24,000 nt of DNA from Candidatus Electrothrix communis (lineage in GTDB: Bacteria; Desulfobacterota; Desulfobulbia; Desulfobulbales; Desulfobulbaceae): the NCBI GenBank assembly GCA_030644725.1, contig CP130629.1, positions 1,628,795 through 1,652,794 on the forward strand. The letters run 5' to 3'. This document shows positions 5,795-13,618 of this stretch, one piece after another (within the stretch, counting starts at the first letter, position 1; each line of letters opens with the position of its first letter). The notes beneath the pieces were generated by a model. It was not told the origin of the DNA. It was given only the letters and a program-made list of their open reading frames with translations, and did no database searches. Both the position numbers and the translations under genes were made by a program.

Positions 5795-7651
5795 TTACAA
5801 TACAATCTCATGCCGATAGGCCCGCTCATACACGGCAATAACATCGGCAAGGGAAGGCTGACGAGGATTGTTTTCCACTGGTCGGGTTACGGTCAGGGCG
5901 ATCTCGGCCATCTTGGGAATCTGATCAAAGGGAATATCCAAATCCTTGAGAGTGGCGGGAATACCCACATCGGCATTCAGGTCATACAGAGCCTCAACAC
6001 AGAGAGAGGCAGCATGGCGTCGAGACAGCCCTTCAGTATTCTGGCCAAGAACCTCAGCAAGCAGAGCAAATTTCTCGTAATTTCCTGGCAGATTATACTG
6101 CACCACATAGGGCAGAAGAACCGCATTGGCCAGCCCGTGTGGAACCTTGAACATCCCCCCCATAGGATAGGCCATAGCATGGACCAGACCAACTCCGGCT
6201 GTAGCCAAAGCCTTGCCGCCCAGCAGAGATCCCATGAGCATAGCGGAACGGGCCGCAAGATTGCCCCCGTTGGCGCAGGCCGCAGGCAGATTGCGGGCAA
6301 TCAGATCAATGGCCTCCAGGGAATACATCTCTGAAATGGTATGAGCCTGGGTGGAGGTATAGGCCTCTAGGGCATGGGTCAGGGCATCGATGCCGGTATA
6401 GGCGGTCACCTTGGCAGGCAGGCTGAGGGTTAGTTCGGGATCAAGGATGGCAGCATCCGGGTACAGGGGATCACCGTTCATTCCGCCCTTGGAACCGGTT
6501 TCCTCGTTGATGAACACGGCAGTAAAGGTCACCTCAGCACCGGTTCCTGCAGAAGTAGGGATCATAATCTTGGGTACACCCGGTTTTTTGATCAGGCCCA
6601 GTCCGAGATAATCAACCGCCTTGCCACCGTTGGTCAGCAGAATAGCCACGGCCTTGGCCACATCCATTGCAGAGCCGCCGCCTGCGCCGATTACACAATC
6701 ACAGCTAGCCTCTTTGGCAATAGCACAGCCATTATCAGCCAGTTTCAAGCCCGGTTCCGGGTCGATCTCATCGTAGACAATAAAGGGAATACCTTCTTGT
6801 TCCAGAGGGGCTGTAAAGCGGTCGAGCAGGCCCGCCTTGACCAGGCCGGGATCGACCACCAGCAGAACCTTGCTGCCGTTGAAATCTTTGACGGTCGTGC
6901 CGAGATTTTTAACCGCTCCAGCACCAAAGTGAAGACGAGTGGGCTGGGTCACGGTGAAGGGTTGCATACTGTTCATAATTTTACCTTGTCTTATTTTGAT
7001 CAAATGGACCTTGCGATCGTGCGCAGGGTGTACTCGAATATATTTTTTTTCCAGAAAATCTGCTATTTTTTCCGGCTGATGAAGACGAAAGATAGAAAGA
7101 CCGGGGATATCCTGATTCACATCCTGATAAATTTCCTGATCCGTTGCCAAGGCAATGACGCCGTTGACCTGCTCAGCAAGGCGAGTGCCCTGCCCCCGGA
7201 AAACCTCAATTTTGGCCACTTTGACGGCCTCTTTAAAGCCCTCGCCAATGACCAGATCCATATCAGAGAAAAAACGTCGGGCCAAGACGGATAGATTCTT
7301 TTCCGGGTGAGCAGCGGTCATAACCAGCTGGTCCGGAGCAACCAGCGTGACAGCATCAGCGCCAGCCTTGCTATAGGCACCGGTATCCGTTCCCTCCTGG
7401 TTCGGCAACAGCCCGATGTCCTTGGTGGATTTAATCACTGCCACAGAATAGCCGCGCTCTTTCAGCAAACGGACAACCTGGGCTGCCAGGGTGGTCTTCC
7501 CGGAATCGTGCCAGCCTATGAAGGTAATAATGGGGGGCATAGTGAGACGCATCATAGCAGGGACAATGCAATATGGAAACTGAAAAACAGCCTTGAGTCC
7601 TGCTTGTTGCGCGAGAAAAATTTTACTGGTATATTCTCCTGATTCATTCAT
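5795..7651 (-). CDS. Fusion ORF: MobB-like P-loop domain (N-terminal) plus iron-containing (group III) alcohol dehydrogenase (C-terminal)
   Basis: N-terminal ..PPIITFIGWHDSGKTTLAAQVVRLLKERGYSVAVIKSTKD..GTDTGAYSKAGADAV..DLVIGEGFKEAVKVAKIEVFR parallels E. coli MobB (GWSGTGKTT, IKHTHH, GKDS..AGA, LVEGFK..KI). The C-terminal ~385 aa from MNSMQPFTVTQPTRLHFGAGAV.. carries ..GGGSAMDVAKAV.. and ..HGLANAVLLPYV.., typical of Fe-ADH. No stop codon separates the two parts. A GAGGA site precedes the 7651 ATG, and alternative starts exist at 7555, 7552 and 7540. Confidence 0.8.
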   Translation of the reverse strand: MNESGEYTSKIFLAQQAGLKAVFQFPYCIVPAMMRLTMPPIITFIGWHDSGKTTLAAQVVRLLKERGYSVAVIKSTKDIGLLPNQEGTDTGAYSKAGADAVTLVAPDQLVMTAAHPEKNLSVLARRFFSDMDLVIGEGFKEAVKVAKIEVFRGQGTRLAEQVNGVIALATDQEIYQDVNQDIPGLSIFRLHQPEKIADFLEKKYIRVHPAHDRKVHLIKIRQGKIMNSMQPFTVTQPTRLHFGAGAVKNLGTTVKDFNGSKVLLVVDPGLVKAGLLDRFTAPLEQEGIPFIVYDEIDPEPGLKLADNGCAIAKEASCDCVIGAGGGSAMDVAKAVAILLTNGGKAVDYLGLGLIKKPGVPKIMIPTSAGTGAEVTFTAVFINEETGSKGGMNGDPLYPDAAILDPELTLSLPAKVTAYTGIDALTHALEAYTSTQAHTISEMYSLEAIDLIARNLPAACANGGNLAARSAMLMGSLLGGKALATAGVGLVHAMAYPMGGMFKVPHGLANAVLLPYVVQYNLPGNYEKFALLAEVLGQNTEGLSRRHAASLCVEALYDLNADVGIPATLKDLDIPFDQIPKMAEIALTVTRPVENNPRQPSLADVIAVYERAYRHEIVL

Positions 7652-7678
7652 TAATCCTCAATTCTATCAGCAACGACT

Positions 7679-8647
7679 ATGCAACGTATACTCTCCGGCA
7701 TTCAGCCTTCTGGCCAACTCCATATCGGCAATTACTTCGGCATGATGAAAACCATGATCGCCAGCATGGAGACCTCGGATCTCTTTGCCTTTATTGTCGA
7801 CCTTCACGCCCTCACCTCAGTGCAGGATCGCGAGAAACTCTCTGCTGGCACCCTAGAGGCAGCAGCGGATTTCCTCGCCTTAGGGCTTGATCCAGAAAAA
7901 TGCACCTTCTGGGTCCAATCCGATGTACCTGAGGTCTGTGAGCTCTCCTGGATCTTGTCGAACATGACCCCGATGGGCCTGCTGGAGCGCTGCCATTCTT
8001 ATAAGGACAAGGTTGCCAAGGGCATTGCCGCTAATCACGGCCTGTTTGCCTATCCCGTACTCATGGCCGCAGACATCCTTCTGTATCAATCGGAAATCGT
8101 ACCGGTGGGTAAGGACCAGAAGCAGCACCTGGAAGTGGCTCGGGATATTGCCATCAAATTCAATAATACCTATGGGGAGACCTTTGTGGTCCCGGAACCA
8201 GCAATCAGCGAGAGCACCGCGATTGTTCCAGGGCTGGACGGACAGAAGATGTCCAAATCCTATGATAACACCATTCCTATCTTCCTGGATGATAAACCGC
8301 TGCGTAAACGGGTTATGGCTGTTCAGACAGATTCAACTCCGGTGGAAGACCCGAAAGACCCAGCGACATGCAACCTTTACGCCCTGCTTAAGCTCTTTGC
8401 CACTGAGGAGAAGATGGCGGAGGTGCATGGCCTCTATGTCAACGGGGGAGCAGCCTATGGCTACCTGAAACAGGATCTCTTTGAATTGATCCGGGATTAT
8501 TATGCCGATGCCTGGACAAAAAAGAAAGAGCTGTTACAGAATCAGGATTATTTACGGGAGGTTTTGCAAAAAGGAGCAGGTAAGGCCCGAGCAAAAGCGG
8601 TTGAGACCTTAGATGTGGTGCGGGACAGGGTTGGGTTGCGCTATTAG
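7679..8647 (+). CDS. trpS: Tryptophan--tRNA ligase
   Basis: 322 aa. MQRILSGIQPSGQLHIGNYFG (HIGH-type motif) and ..GQKMSKSY.. (KMSKS motif), with class I TrpRS length and layout. Confidence 0.95.
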   Translation: MQRILSGIQPSGQLHIGNYFGMMKTMIASMETSDLFAFIVDLHALTSVQDREKLSAGTLEAAADFLALGLDPEKCTFWVQSDVPEVCELSWILSNMTPMGLLERCHSYKDKVAKGIAANHGLFAYPVLMAADILLYQSEIVPVGKDQKQHLEVARDIAIKFNNTYGETFVVPEPAISESTAIVPGLDGQKMSKSYDNTIPIFLDDKPLRKRVMAVQTDSTPVEDPKDPATCNLYALLKLFATEEKMAEVHGLYVNGGAAYGYLKQDLFELIRDYYADAWTKKKELLQNQDYLREVLQKGAGKARAKAVETLDVVRDRVGLRY

Positions 8648-8692
8648 TTTCTTAGAATTTACCAGGAGACAAGCCCCCATTTGATGCGCGAT

Positions 8693-8783
8693 GTAGGGGC
8701 GAACCTGTGTGTTCGCCCTTCTTTCATGGCGGGCAGACATGTTCGCCCTTTGATACCGGGCAGACACAGAGGTCTGCCCCTAC
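8693..8783. repeat. REPIN/BIME-like element with three units, the middle one chimeric
   Basis: Unit 1: GTAGGGGCGAAC-CTGTGT-GTTCGCCC. Unit 2: GGGCAGAC-AT-GTTCGCCC. Unit 3: GGGCAGAC-ACAGAG-GTCTGCCCCTAC. It lies between the convergent trpS and tatA 3' ends. Confidence 0.75.
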
Positions 8784-8791
8784 ACGGCAGG

Positions 8792-9046
8792 CTATTTGGT
8801 CAACACTTTACCGATATCTTTTGCCTTATCAATTTTCTCATGCACAGCTGCGACCTCCCGAACACCGGGAAGTTTCTTGGTCATCTCTCCGAGACCAGCA
8901 GTATCCTCGACCTCACCAAGGCCTTTTTTAAAGGAACTGATAGCCTTACCAAGGCCGGAGCCTATCTCTGGTAATTTCTTTCCACCAAAGAGGAGGAAAG
9001 CTATAGCCAGGATAACAACAAGTTCAGGGGTTCCGAGTCCGAACAT
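8792..9046 (-). CDS. tatA: Twin-arginine translocase TatA/TatE family subunit
   Basis: [42 protein letters not shown] is the canonical TatA N-terminal TM helix plus amphipathic helix. AAGGAGAG ribosome-binding site upstream. Confidence 0.9.
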   Translation of the reverse strand: MFGLGTPELVVILAIAFLLFGGKKLPEIGSGLGKAISSFKKGLGEVEDTAGLGEMTKKLPGVREVAAVHEKIDKAKDIGKVLTK

Positions 9047-9080
9047 AACGGTTCTCTCTCCTTATCAAAAAACGAGTTTC

Positions 9081-9266
9081 TCAGCTTTCTTTGCTGTTGT
9101 CCTTGTCTTCTATGGGTTTCGGGTCATCATCGCTTTTTGTGGCATCTTTAAAATTCCTGATACCTTTTCCGATACCAGAGCCGATTTCTGGCAGTTTCCC
9201 TGCACCAAAAATAATAACAATAATAACCAGGATGATAATCAGTTCAGGCATTCCGAGTCCGAACAT
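9081..9266 (-). CDS. tatA: Twin-arginine translocase TatA/TatE family subunit (second paralog)
   Basis: [42 protein letters not shown].., 61 aa. Confidence 0.9.
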   Translation of the reverse strand: MFGLGMPELIIILVIIVIIFGAGKLPEIGSGIGKGIRNFKDATKSDDDPKPIEDKDNSKES

Positions 9267-9462
9267 ACTCTCTCACCTCTTTACAGTTTGTTCCGTAAGT
9301 AGTAAAAATAATCCGCACTACACGCAGCAGGGCGGTACGTCAGTGTAGCACCAAGAGGCATTTCCTGTCAATAAACAAGAGCCTGTCACGGTGTTTTTCA
9401 AGCAACATCAACGAGATTTTTTCTCTTTCCTCACCACCTCAACGGTTACTCCCGGATCCCCA

Positions 9463-10785
9463 ATGAAGCATACAGTCACAAAGCATACTGTTACTATAGA
9501 AAAAATTATACCCGGAGGAAAGGGACTGGCCCGGACAGCTGACGGACAGGTTGTCATGATCCCCTTTACCCTGCCCAACGAGAGCGTGCTGGTCAAAGAA
9601 GATACAAAAAAGTCCGGCTACATTGAAGGAGAACTCGACAGGGTGCTTTCCCCTTCAGCCGCTCGGATAGAACCGCCCTGCTCTTTATACGGGGAATGTG
9701 GGGGATGTGATTTGCAACATGGCAATTATCAAGAGCAACTCAACATCAAAAAAGGGATTGTTGAAGAGTCGCTGCACCGCGCCAAAGTACCTCTTGAGCA
9801 TGTACAAAAGCATGTGCAAGATACGGTGGCCTCACCGCTCCAATGGGGATACCGTTATCGCCTTCGCCTCAAGATCAACCCTGCTGGACAGCTCGGTTTC
9901 TTCAAAAAAAGAAGTAACGAATTTCTTCCTGTCAGCCACTGCCCGGTGGCAGCACAGGGCATCAACTCCGCCTTGGCCGAACTGAGTGACTCCCGAATCT
10001 TACAGTCATTAGCCGGAACATGCCCGGAAATCGAACTACTGGAGTCGCCTGCTGACGGAAAAATCACTCTTGTTCTTCGAGGAGAAAAGCATAAAACCCC
10101 ACCATCCACAACACTCCAGGCCCTTGCCACAAGCCCTTATATTAACCACGTGGGATGGACTTCACGGAAAGGATTTCAATATCTTTCCCCGCAAGCAGAT
10201 CCGCTAAGCCAGCATGTTCGGTTTGGTGAAAAAAGCTGTACCTTGTCTTGGTCCGGAGGCTGTTTTTCCCAAGTCAATCCTGGTCAGAACGAGCAGCTGA
10301 TTCGCTTGGTCTGCGAGCTTGCCGGAGCCCTTTCTGGAGATCTAAGCGGCAAAACCGTCCTCGACCTTTACTGCGGCATGGGCAATTTTTCTATCCCTCT
10401 TGGGCTTTGCGGCGGGACCGTAACCGGCATTGAAGGCAATCGGGAAAGTATCCATTGGGCAGAAAAAAACGGCGGGCATGCCAAGATTAAAGCCCATTTT
10501 TTCACCGCAGATGTACGCGAAACCCTGAAACAGCTTTCCAAGCAAGGGGAACAGGCGGATATAATCCTCCTTGATCCGCCTCGAAGCGGAGTGGGGAAAA
10601 ACATTACCTTGCTCTCACGCTTGGAGCCGGAAAAAATTATTTACGTTTCCTGTGATCCAGCCACCCTAGCCCGAGACCTGAATCTCCTCAGGCCTCACGG
10701 TTACATGATTACCCGTGTTGTTCCTGTAGATATGTTTCCCCAGACCAGCCATGTTGAATCTGTTGTCCTGCTGGAACGAGGCTAA
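9463..10785 (+). CDS. rlmD: 23S rRNA (uracil-C5)-methyltransferase, RlmD/RumA (TrmA) family, with TRAM domain and Fe-S cysteines
   Basis: TRAM-like N-terminus (VTIEKIIPGGKGLARTADGQVVMIPFTLPNESVLVK). Cys cluster CSLYGECGGCDLQH..C. SAM-methyltransferase motifs (VLDLYCGMGNFSIPL, ILLDPPRSG, YVSCDPATLARD). The start is uncertain: the ORF track uses GTG at 9391, and I prefer ATG at 9463. Confidence 0.85.
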   Translation: MKHTVTKHTVTIEKIIPGGKGLARTADGQVVMIPFTLPNESVLVKEDTKKSGYIEGELDRVLSPSAARIEPPCSLYGECGGCDLQHGNYQEQLNIKKGIVEESLHRAKVPLEHVQKHVQDTVASPLQWGYRYRLRLKINPAGQLGFFKKRSNEFLPVSHCPVAAQGINSALAELSDSRILQSLAGTCPEIELLESPADGKITLVLRGEKHKTPPSTTLQALATSPYINHVGWTSRKGFQYLSPQADPLSQHVRFGEKSCTLSWSGGCFSQVNPGQNEQLIRLVCELAGALSGDLSGKTVLDLYCGMGNFSIPLGLCGGTVTGIEGNRESIHWAEKNGGHAKIKAHFFTADVRETLKQLSKQGEQADIILLDPPRSGVGKNITLLSRLEPEKIIYVSCDPATLARDLNLLRPHGYMITRVVPVDMFPQTSHVESVVLLERG

Positions 10786-10791
10786 TGTAGC

Positions 10792-11544
10792 CTAAACAGA
10801 TGGAGTTTCGCCGTCGTCTTTCTGTTTACTGATAAAAATTCGTCCGGCAATAATCCCGGCTTCATAAAGAGCAAACAAAGGAAAGGCAAGTAAAACCGTC
10901 GCAGTCACCTCACCCGCAGTAAGCAAGAAGGAAAGAACAACGATAGCAATATAAAAATACTTACGTTTCGCTTTAAAATGATCATGAGTAACGAGTCCGA
11001 CCACCGTGGTCATGACCATAAGAAAGGGGATTTCAAAAGAGATGGCAAAGGCAAGCACCATGCGGGCGACAAAGGTCAAGTAAAGACCAAGCTTGGGCAT
11101 AGGCTCCAAATTTTCTCCGGCATAGCTCATAAAAAAAGACAAGGTTTTCGGGAGAACAATAAAAAAACCAAACAGAGCTCCCCCTATAAACAGGCCGGTC
11201 GACCAGAGAATAACCCTACGAGCCACGCCCCGCTCCTTACTCAGCAGGCCAGGAGAAATAAACATCCAAACTTGATACAGCAGATAGGGAAAACTCACTA
11301 TAATCCCTGCGAGAAGGGCAAGTTTAATGTACGATACAAAGGCATCGGTCAGCTTTGTATAGACCAATTTCTCCAACGTCGGAGCTGCCAAAAACAGCGG
11401 CTGGGTACAGAATGCTGCAAGATGATCTATAAAAAAATAGGCGAGAGCGGTGGTGAGCGCGATGGCAACAAAGGATTTAAGAAGCCTTGTTCGCAGCTCC
11501 TGATGATGCGGACGAAAACGCTCTATGAGTGCGGCGGCGCTCAT
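10792..11544 (-). CDS. tatC: Twin-arginine translocase subunit TatC
   Basis: 250 aa with six hydrophobic helices. HHQELRTRLLKS.., ..FISPGL...ER.. and other TatC-typical motifs. ATGA start/stop overlap with tatB. Confidence 0.92.
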   Translation of the reverse strand: MSAAALIERFRPHHQELRTRLLKSFVAIALTTALAYFFIDHLAAFCTQPLFLAAPTLEKLVYTKLTDAFVSYIKLALLAGIIVSFPYLLYQVWMFISPGLLSKERGVARRVILWSTGLFIGGALFGFFIVLPKTLSFFMSYAGENLEPMPKLGLYLTFVARMVLAFAISFEIPFLMVMTTVVGLVTHDHFKAKRKYFYIAIVVLSFLLTAGEVTATVLLAFPLFALYEAGIIAGRIFISKQKDDGETPSV

Positions 11545-12059
11545 ATGACAGAAGAAGGTCGCTGTGCTGAGATATCTTCATCGGAGGTCTTCTCACCCCC
11601 CTCGCCCTCATGCTGTTCCGCTTCATTATCAACACCACCTTCAGCAAGCTCAGCTTGCTGATCAGAAGCACTGTCTTCTTGGAGAACAGGCTCTGTTTCC
11701 TCTTCCCACGAACGCGGGGCCAGAGATTCTACTTCAATGACCTCATCGTCTTCTGCGGTATCAGCAGTATCTGAAGCAGGAGGCGTCTCACCTTCCCGCT
11801 TCCACTGATTGGGATTCTTTGTTACATCTTCGAGCAGATGTGTCTTCATCTGACCAGCTGTCTGCTGAAGATCCTGTTGCACCGAGCTGACGATCTTGGT
11901 TTCTTCGTTCAGGCTCTCTTTCACCTGGTTCATGGTGTTCTTCAACTCGTTAACACCCTTTGCCAGCGAACGAGCCAACTCCGGGAGCTTGTCCGGTCCA
12001 ACCACAATCAATGCTACAGCCAGAATCACGATCATTTCTGGCAAACCTATTCCAAACAT
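11541..12059 (-). CDS. tatB: Twin-arginine translocase subunit TatB-like, with a long acidic C-terminal tail
   Basis: MFGIGLPEMIVILAVALIVVGPDKLPELARSLAKGVNELKN is a TatA/B-type N-terminus. It sits directly upstream of tatC and is translationally coupled to it. The C-terminal ~100 aa are rich in E and D. Confidence 0.8.
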   Translation of the reverse strand: MFGIGLPEMIVILAVALIVVGPDKLPELARSLAKGVNELKNTMNQVKESLNEETKIVSSVQQDLQQTAGQMKTHLLEDVTKNPNQWKREGETPPASDTADTAEDDEVIEVESLAPRSWEEETEPVLQEDSASDQQAELAEGGVDNEAEQHEGEGGEKTSDEDISAQRPSSVI

Positions 12060-12334
12060 ATTATTTCTATGATGCTGTTATGAGTATTTTTATGTATAAT
12101 ATCTAGCTATACTTTGTTACTACCGGTATCATGTCCAGTATACGCACTATATATTACACTTAACCTCCCGACAGTCAATGGTAAACCTGTACAAAGAAGT
12201 TTAGCATCTTCTTCCAAATTAACACCTTTTTTCTTGACGCTTTTTTTTCAGTATAGTTTAGTAAAGATAATAGGGTATGAAAATCTGAAAATATACCTAC
12301 TGCGAAATTTAACAAAGAAGGATGTGGTAAACAC

Positions 12335-13159
12335 ATGTTGACTCACTTAAAAAATCTATCAATTTTATTTATTACTCTTCTATCCTGCATGCTTCTTAGC
12401 ACGTTAGCAGCTGGTCAAAATCAGGCTGAATGGTTGAATGATAAAGTGACAGTTCGTTTTCAAGAAAAGCCAATGAGTACCGTCTTAGGAGAAATTGCTC
12501 AGCAAACTGGCATAGCAATCTTATATGATGAAAAGTTGGCTGATCAAAAGGTAACAGGTTACTATAAGGATGTGAAATTTTCAGAAGCAATTAATAGGCT
12601 GTTTAGAGGAACAAATAAAAGTATTCAGGTGTTCAAAAGCGAAAAAAAAATAATTATTAAGACTTTTGGGGCGAAGCAGTTTATTTTAGTGTCATCAGAT
12701 CAACCCTCAAATAATGTTGACTCAGTGACCGTTGGCGATCTTCAAAAGTTGCATAGACAGCAGTATAAAGAATACAAAGAGCGTATTGCTGATGATAATG
12801 AAGTATTGTCTGGTGGCATGACTCGTGGTGAAATTCGTACGATGCATGAAAAACAGTACGAAGAATTACAAAATCAGATAAAAGATGACAATGAGGTTCT
12901 TGATGGCGGCATGACTCGTGGTGAAATTCGTGCGATGCATGAAAAACAGTACGAAGAATTACAAAATCAGATAAAAGATGACAATGAGGTTCTTGATGGC
13001 GGCATGACTCGTGGTGAAATTCGTGCGATGCATGAAAAACAGTACGAAGAATTACAAAATCAGATAAAAGATGACAATGAGGTTCTTGATGGCGGCATGA
13101 CTCGTGGTGAAATTCGTGCGATGCATGAAAAACAGTACGAAGAATTACAAAATCAATAA
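12335..13159 (+). CDS. Secreted protein of unknown function: signal peptide, STN-like (secretin/TonB N-terminal short) domain, and four 31-aa tandem repeats
   Basis: MLTHLKNLSILFITLLSCMLLSTLAAG is a Sec-type signal; an LLSC lipobox is possible. VTVRFQEKPMSTVLGEIAQQTGIAILYDEKLADQKVTGYYKDVKFSEAINRLFRGTN fits the STN pattern (..P..L..IA.QTG....YD..L....V.G.Y....EAL..LL.GT). It is followed by (DDNEVLDGGMTRGEIRAMHEKQYEELQNQIK) x4. Confidence 0.7.
   Translation: MLTHLKNLSILFITLLSCMLLSTLAAGQNQAEWLNDKVTVRFQEKPMSTVLGEIAQQTGIAILYDEKLADQKVTGYYKDVKFSEAINRLFRGTNKSIQVFKSEKKIIIKTFGAKQFILVSSDQPSNNVDSVTVGDLQKLHRQQYKEYKERIADDNEVLSGGMTRGEIRTMHEKQYEELQNQIKDDNEVLDGGMTRGEIRAMHEKQYEELQNQIKDDNEVLDGGMTRGEIRAMHEKQYEELQNQIKDDNEVLDGGMTRGEIRAMHEKQYEELQNQ
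12791..13156 (+). repeat. Tandem 93-bp in-frame coding repeat, four copies (copies 2-4 essentially identical)
   Basis: Units start at 12791, 12884, 12977 and 13070. Copy 1 is diverged. Copies 2 and 3 are identical to the base, and copy 4 is identical until its last codons (cag ata aaa becomes caa taa taa), which create the stop. Confidence 0.95.
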
Positions 13160-13203
13160 TAACAATGAAAACCATAAAAAAATCTAAACATCGAGGTAAC
13201 ACT

Positions 13204-13563
13204 ATGAAAAAATGGGGAAAAAAAATAACGGTAGCAGCATGTGGCATTATAGCTATGACATTAAGTGCCAGCCAATCGTTTGCAGCGGTTGATTGTACCA
13301 ATGCAACTATTACAAGTACAGGCGCACTTGGTTGGGATGTAACTAGATCTTCAAGTTATCTTATTACGGCGATCTGTAATACTCCTAGCACGTTATGGAC
13401 AGGATCAAGGGTTTTTTATATAGTATCTGGCAATCAAGAAGACAGTATGTATGCTACTGCCCTGACAGCGTTGAGCTCAAATACAGCTGTTTTTTTAAAG
13501 TTGGCAAGCGCCGCAGAAAATTCAATAGTAACTCAAATTAATGCAACCTCAACTTCTAATTGA
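13204..13563 (+). CDS. Small secreted protein of unknown function (two cysteines)
   Basis: I prefer the internal ATG at 13204 (GAGG 7 nt upstream) over the track start at 13165. MKKWGKKITVAACGIIAMTLSASQSFAA|VDC.. is a clear signal peptide. The mature ~92 aa are Ser/Thr/Ala-rich with Cys at +3 and in ..ITAICNT.. I recognise no family. Confidence 0.6.
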   Translation: MKKWGKKITVAACGIIAMTLSASQSFAAVDCTNATITSTGALGWDVTRSSSYLITAICNTPSTLWTGSRVFYIVSGNQEDSMYATALTALSSNTAVFLKLASAAENSIVTQINATSTSN

Positions 13564-13582
13564 AATAAATCCTGAAATCTGA

Positions 13583-13614
13583 GCGTGTACTGTTACTTGG
13601 CAACCAGTACACGC
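13583..13614. terminator. Hairpin between convergent genes (possible bidirectional terminator)
   Basis: GCGTGTACTG-ttacttggcaac-CAGTACACGC is a 10-bp perfect stem. It lies between the 13563 (+) stop and the 13619 (-) stop. There is no clear U-tract. Confidence 0.4.
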
Positions 13615-13618
13615 ACCT

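Noticed and set aside
9463-9492. 15-nt tandem duplication (KHTVT-KHTVT) at the N-terminus of the methyltransferase
   Set aside because: It is a small local duplication in a poorly conserved leader next to an uncertain start codon, and nothing suggests a function.
10978-11661. 227-aa + strand ORF antisense to tatC and tatB
   Set aside because: It lies entirely within well-supported tatC and tatB. Its Lys/Gly/Arg-rich, low-complexity translation is typical of an antisense frame.
12114-12341. 75-aa ORF in the AT-rich gap upstream of the STN-like gene
   Set aside because: It has a non-ATG start, no ribosome-binding site and a hydrophobic low-complexity translation expected of AT-rich non-coding DNA. 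The region more plausibly holds the promoter for 12335; a weak TTGACG..TTTAGT candidate near 12233 was too weak to report.
12791-13156. Possible CRISPR array, given regularly spaced identical repeats
   Set aside because: The units abut directly with no unique spacers. The period of 93 bp is a multiple of 3, the array is in-frame within a signal-peptide-bearing ORF, and no cas genes are present.
12780-13156. Similarity of the 31-aa repeat (GGMTRGEIRAMHEKQYEEL) to LTxxQ repeats of CpxP/Spy/ZraP periplasmic chaperones
   Set aside because: The resemblance is only loose helical periodicity. The defining L-T-x-x-Q residues are not conserved (MTRGEI), so it cannot be claimed without a profile search.
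12681-13301. 206-aa minus-strand ORF with striking internal periodicity
   Set aside because: The periodicity is only the antisense reading of the 93-bp tandem repeat. The sense-strand protein has a signal peptide, a domain and a sensible start, whereas this frame has none of these.
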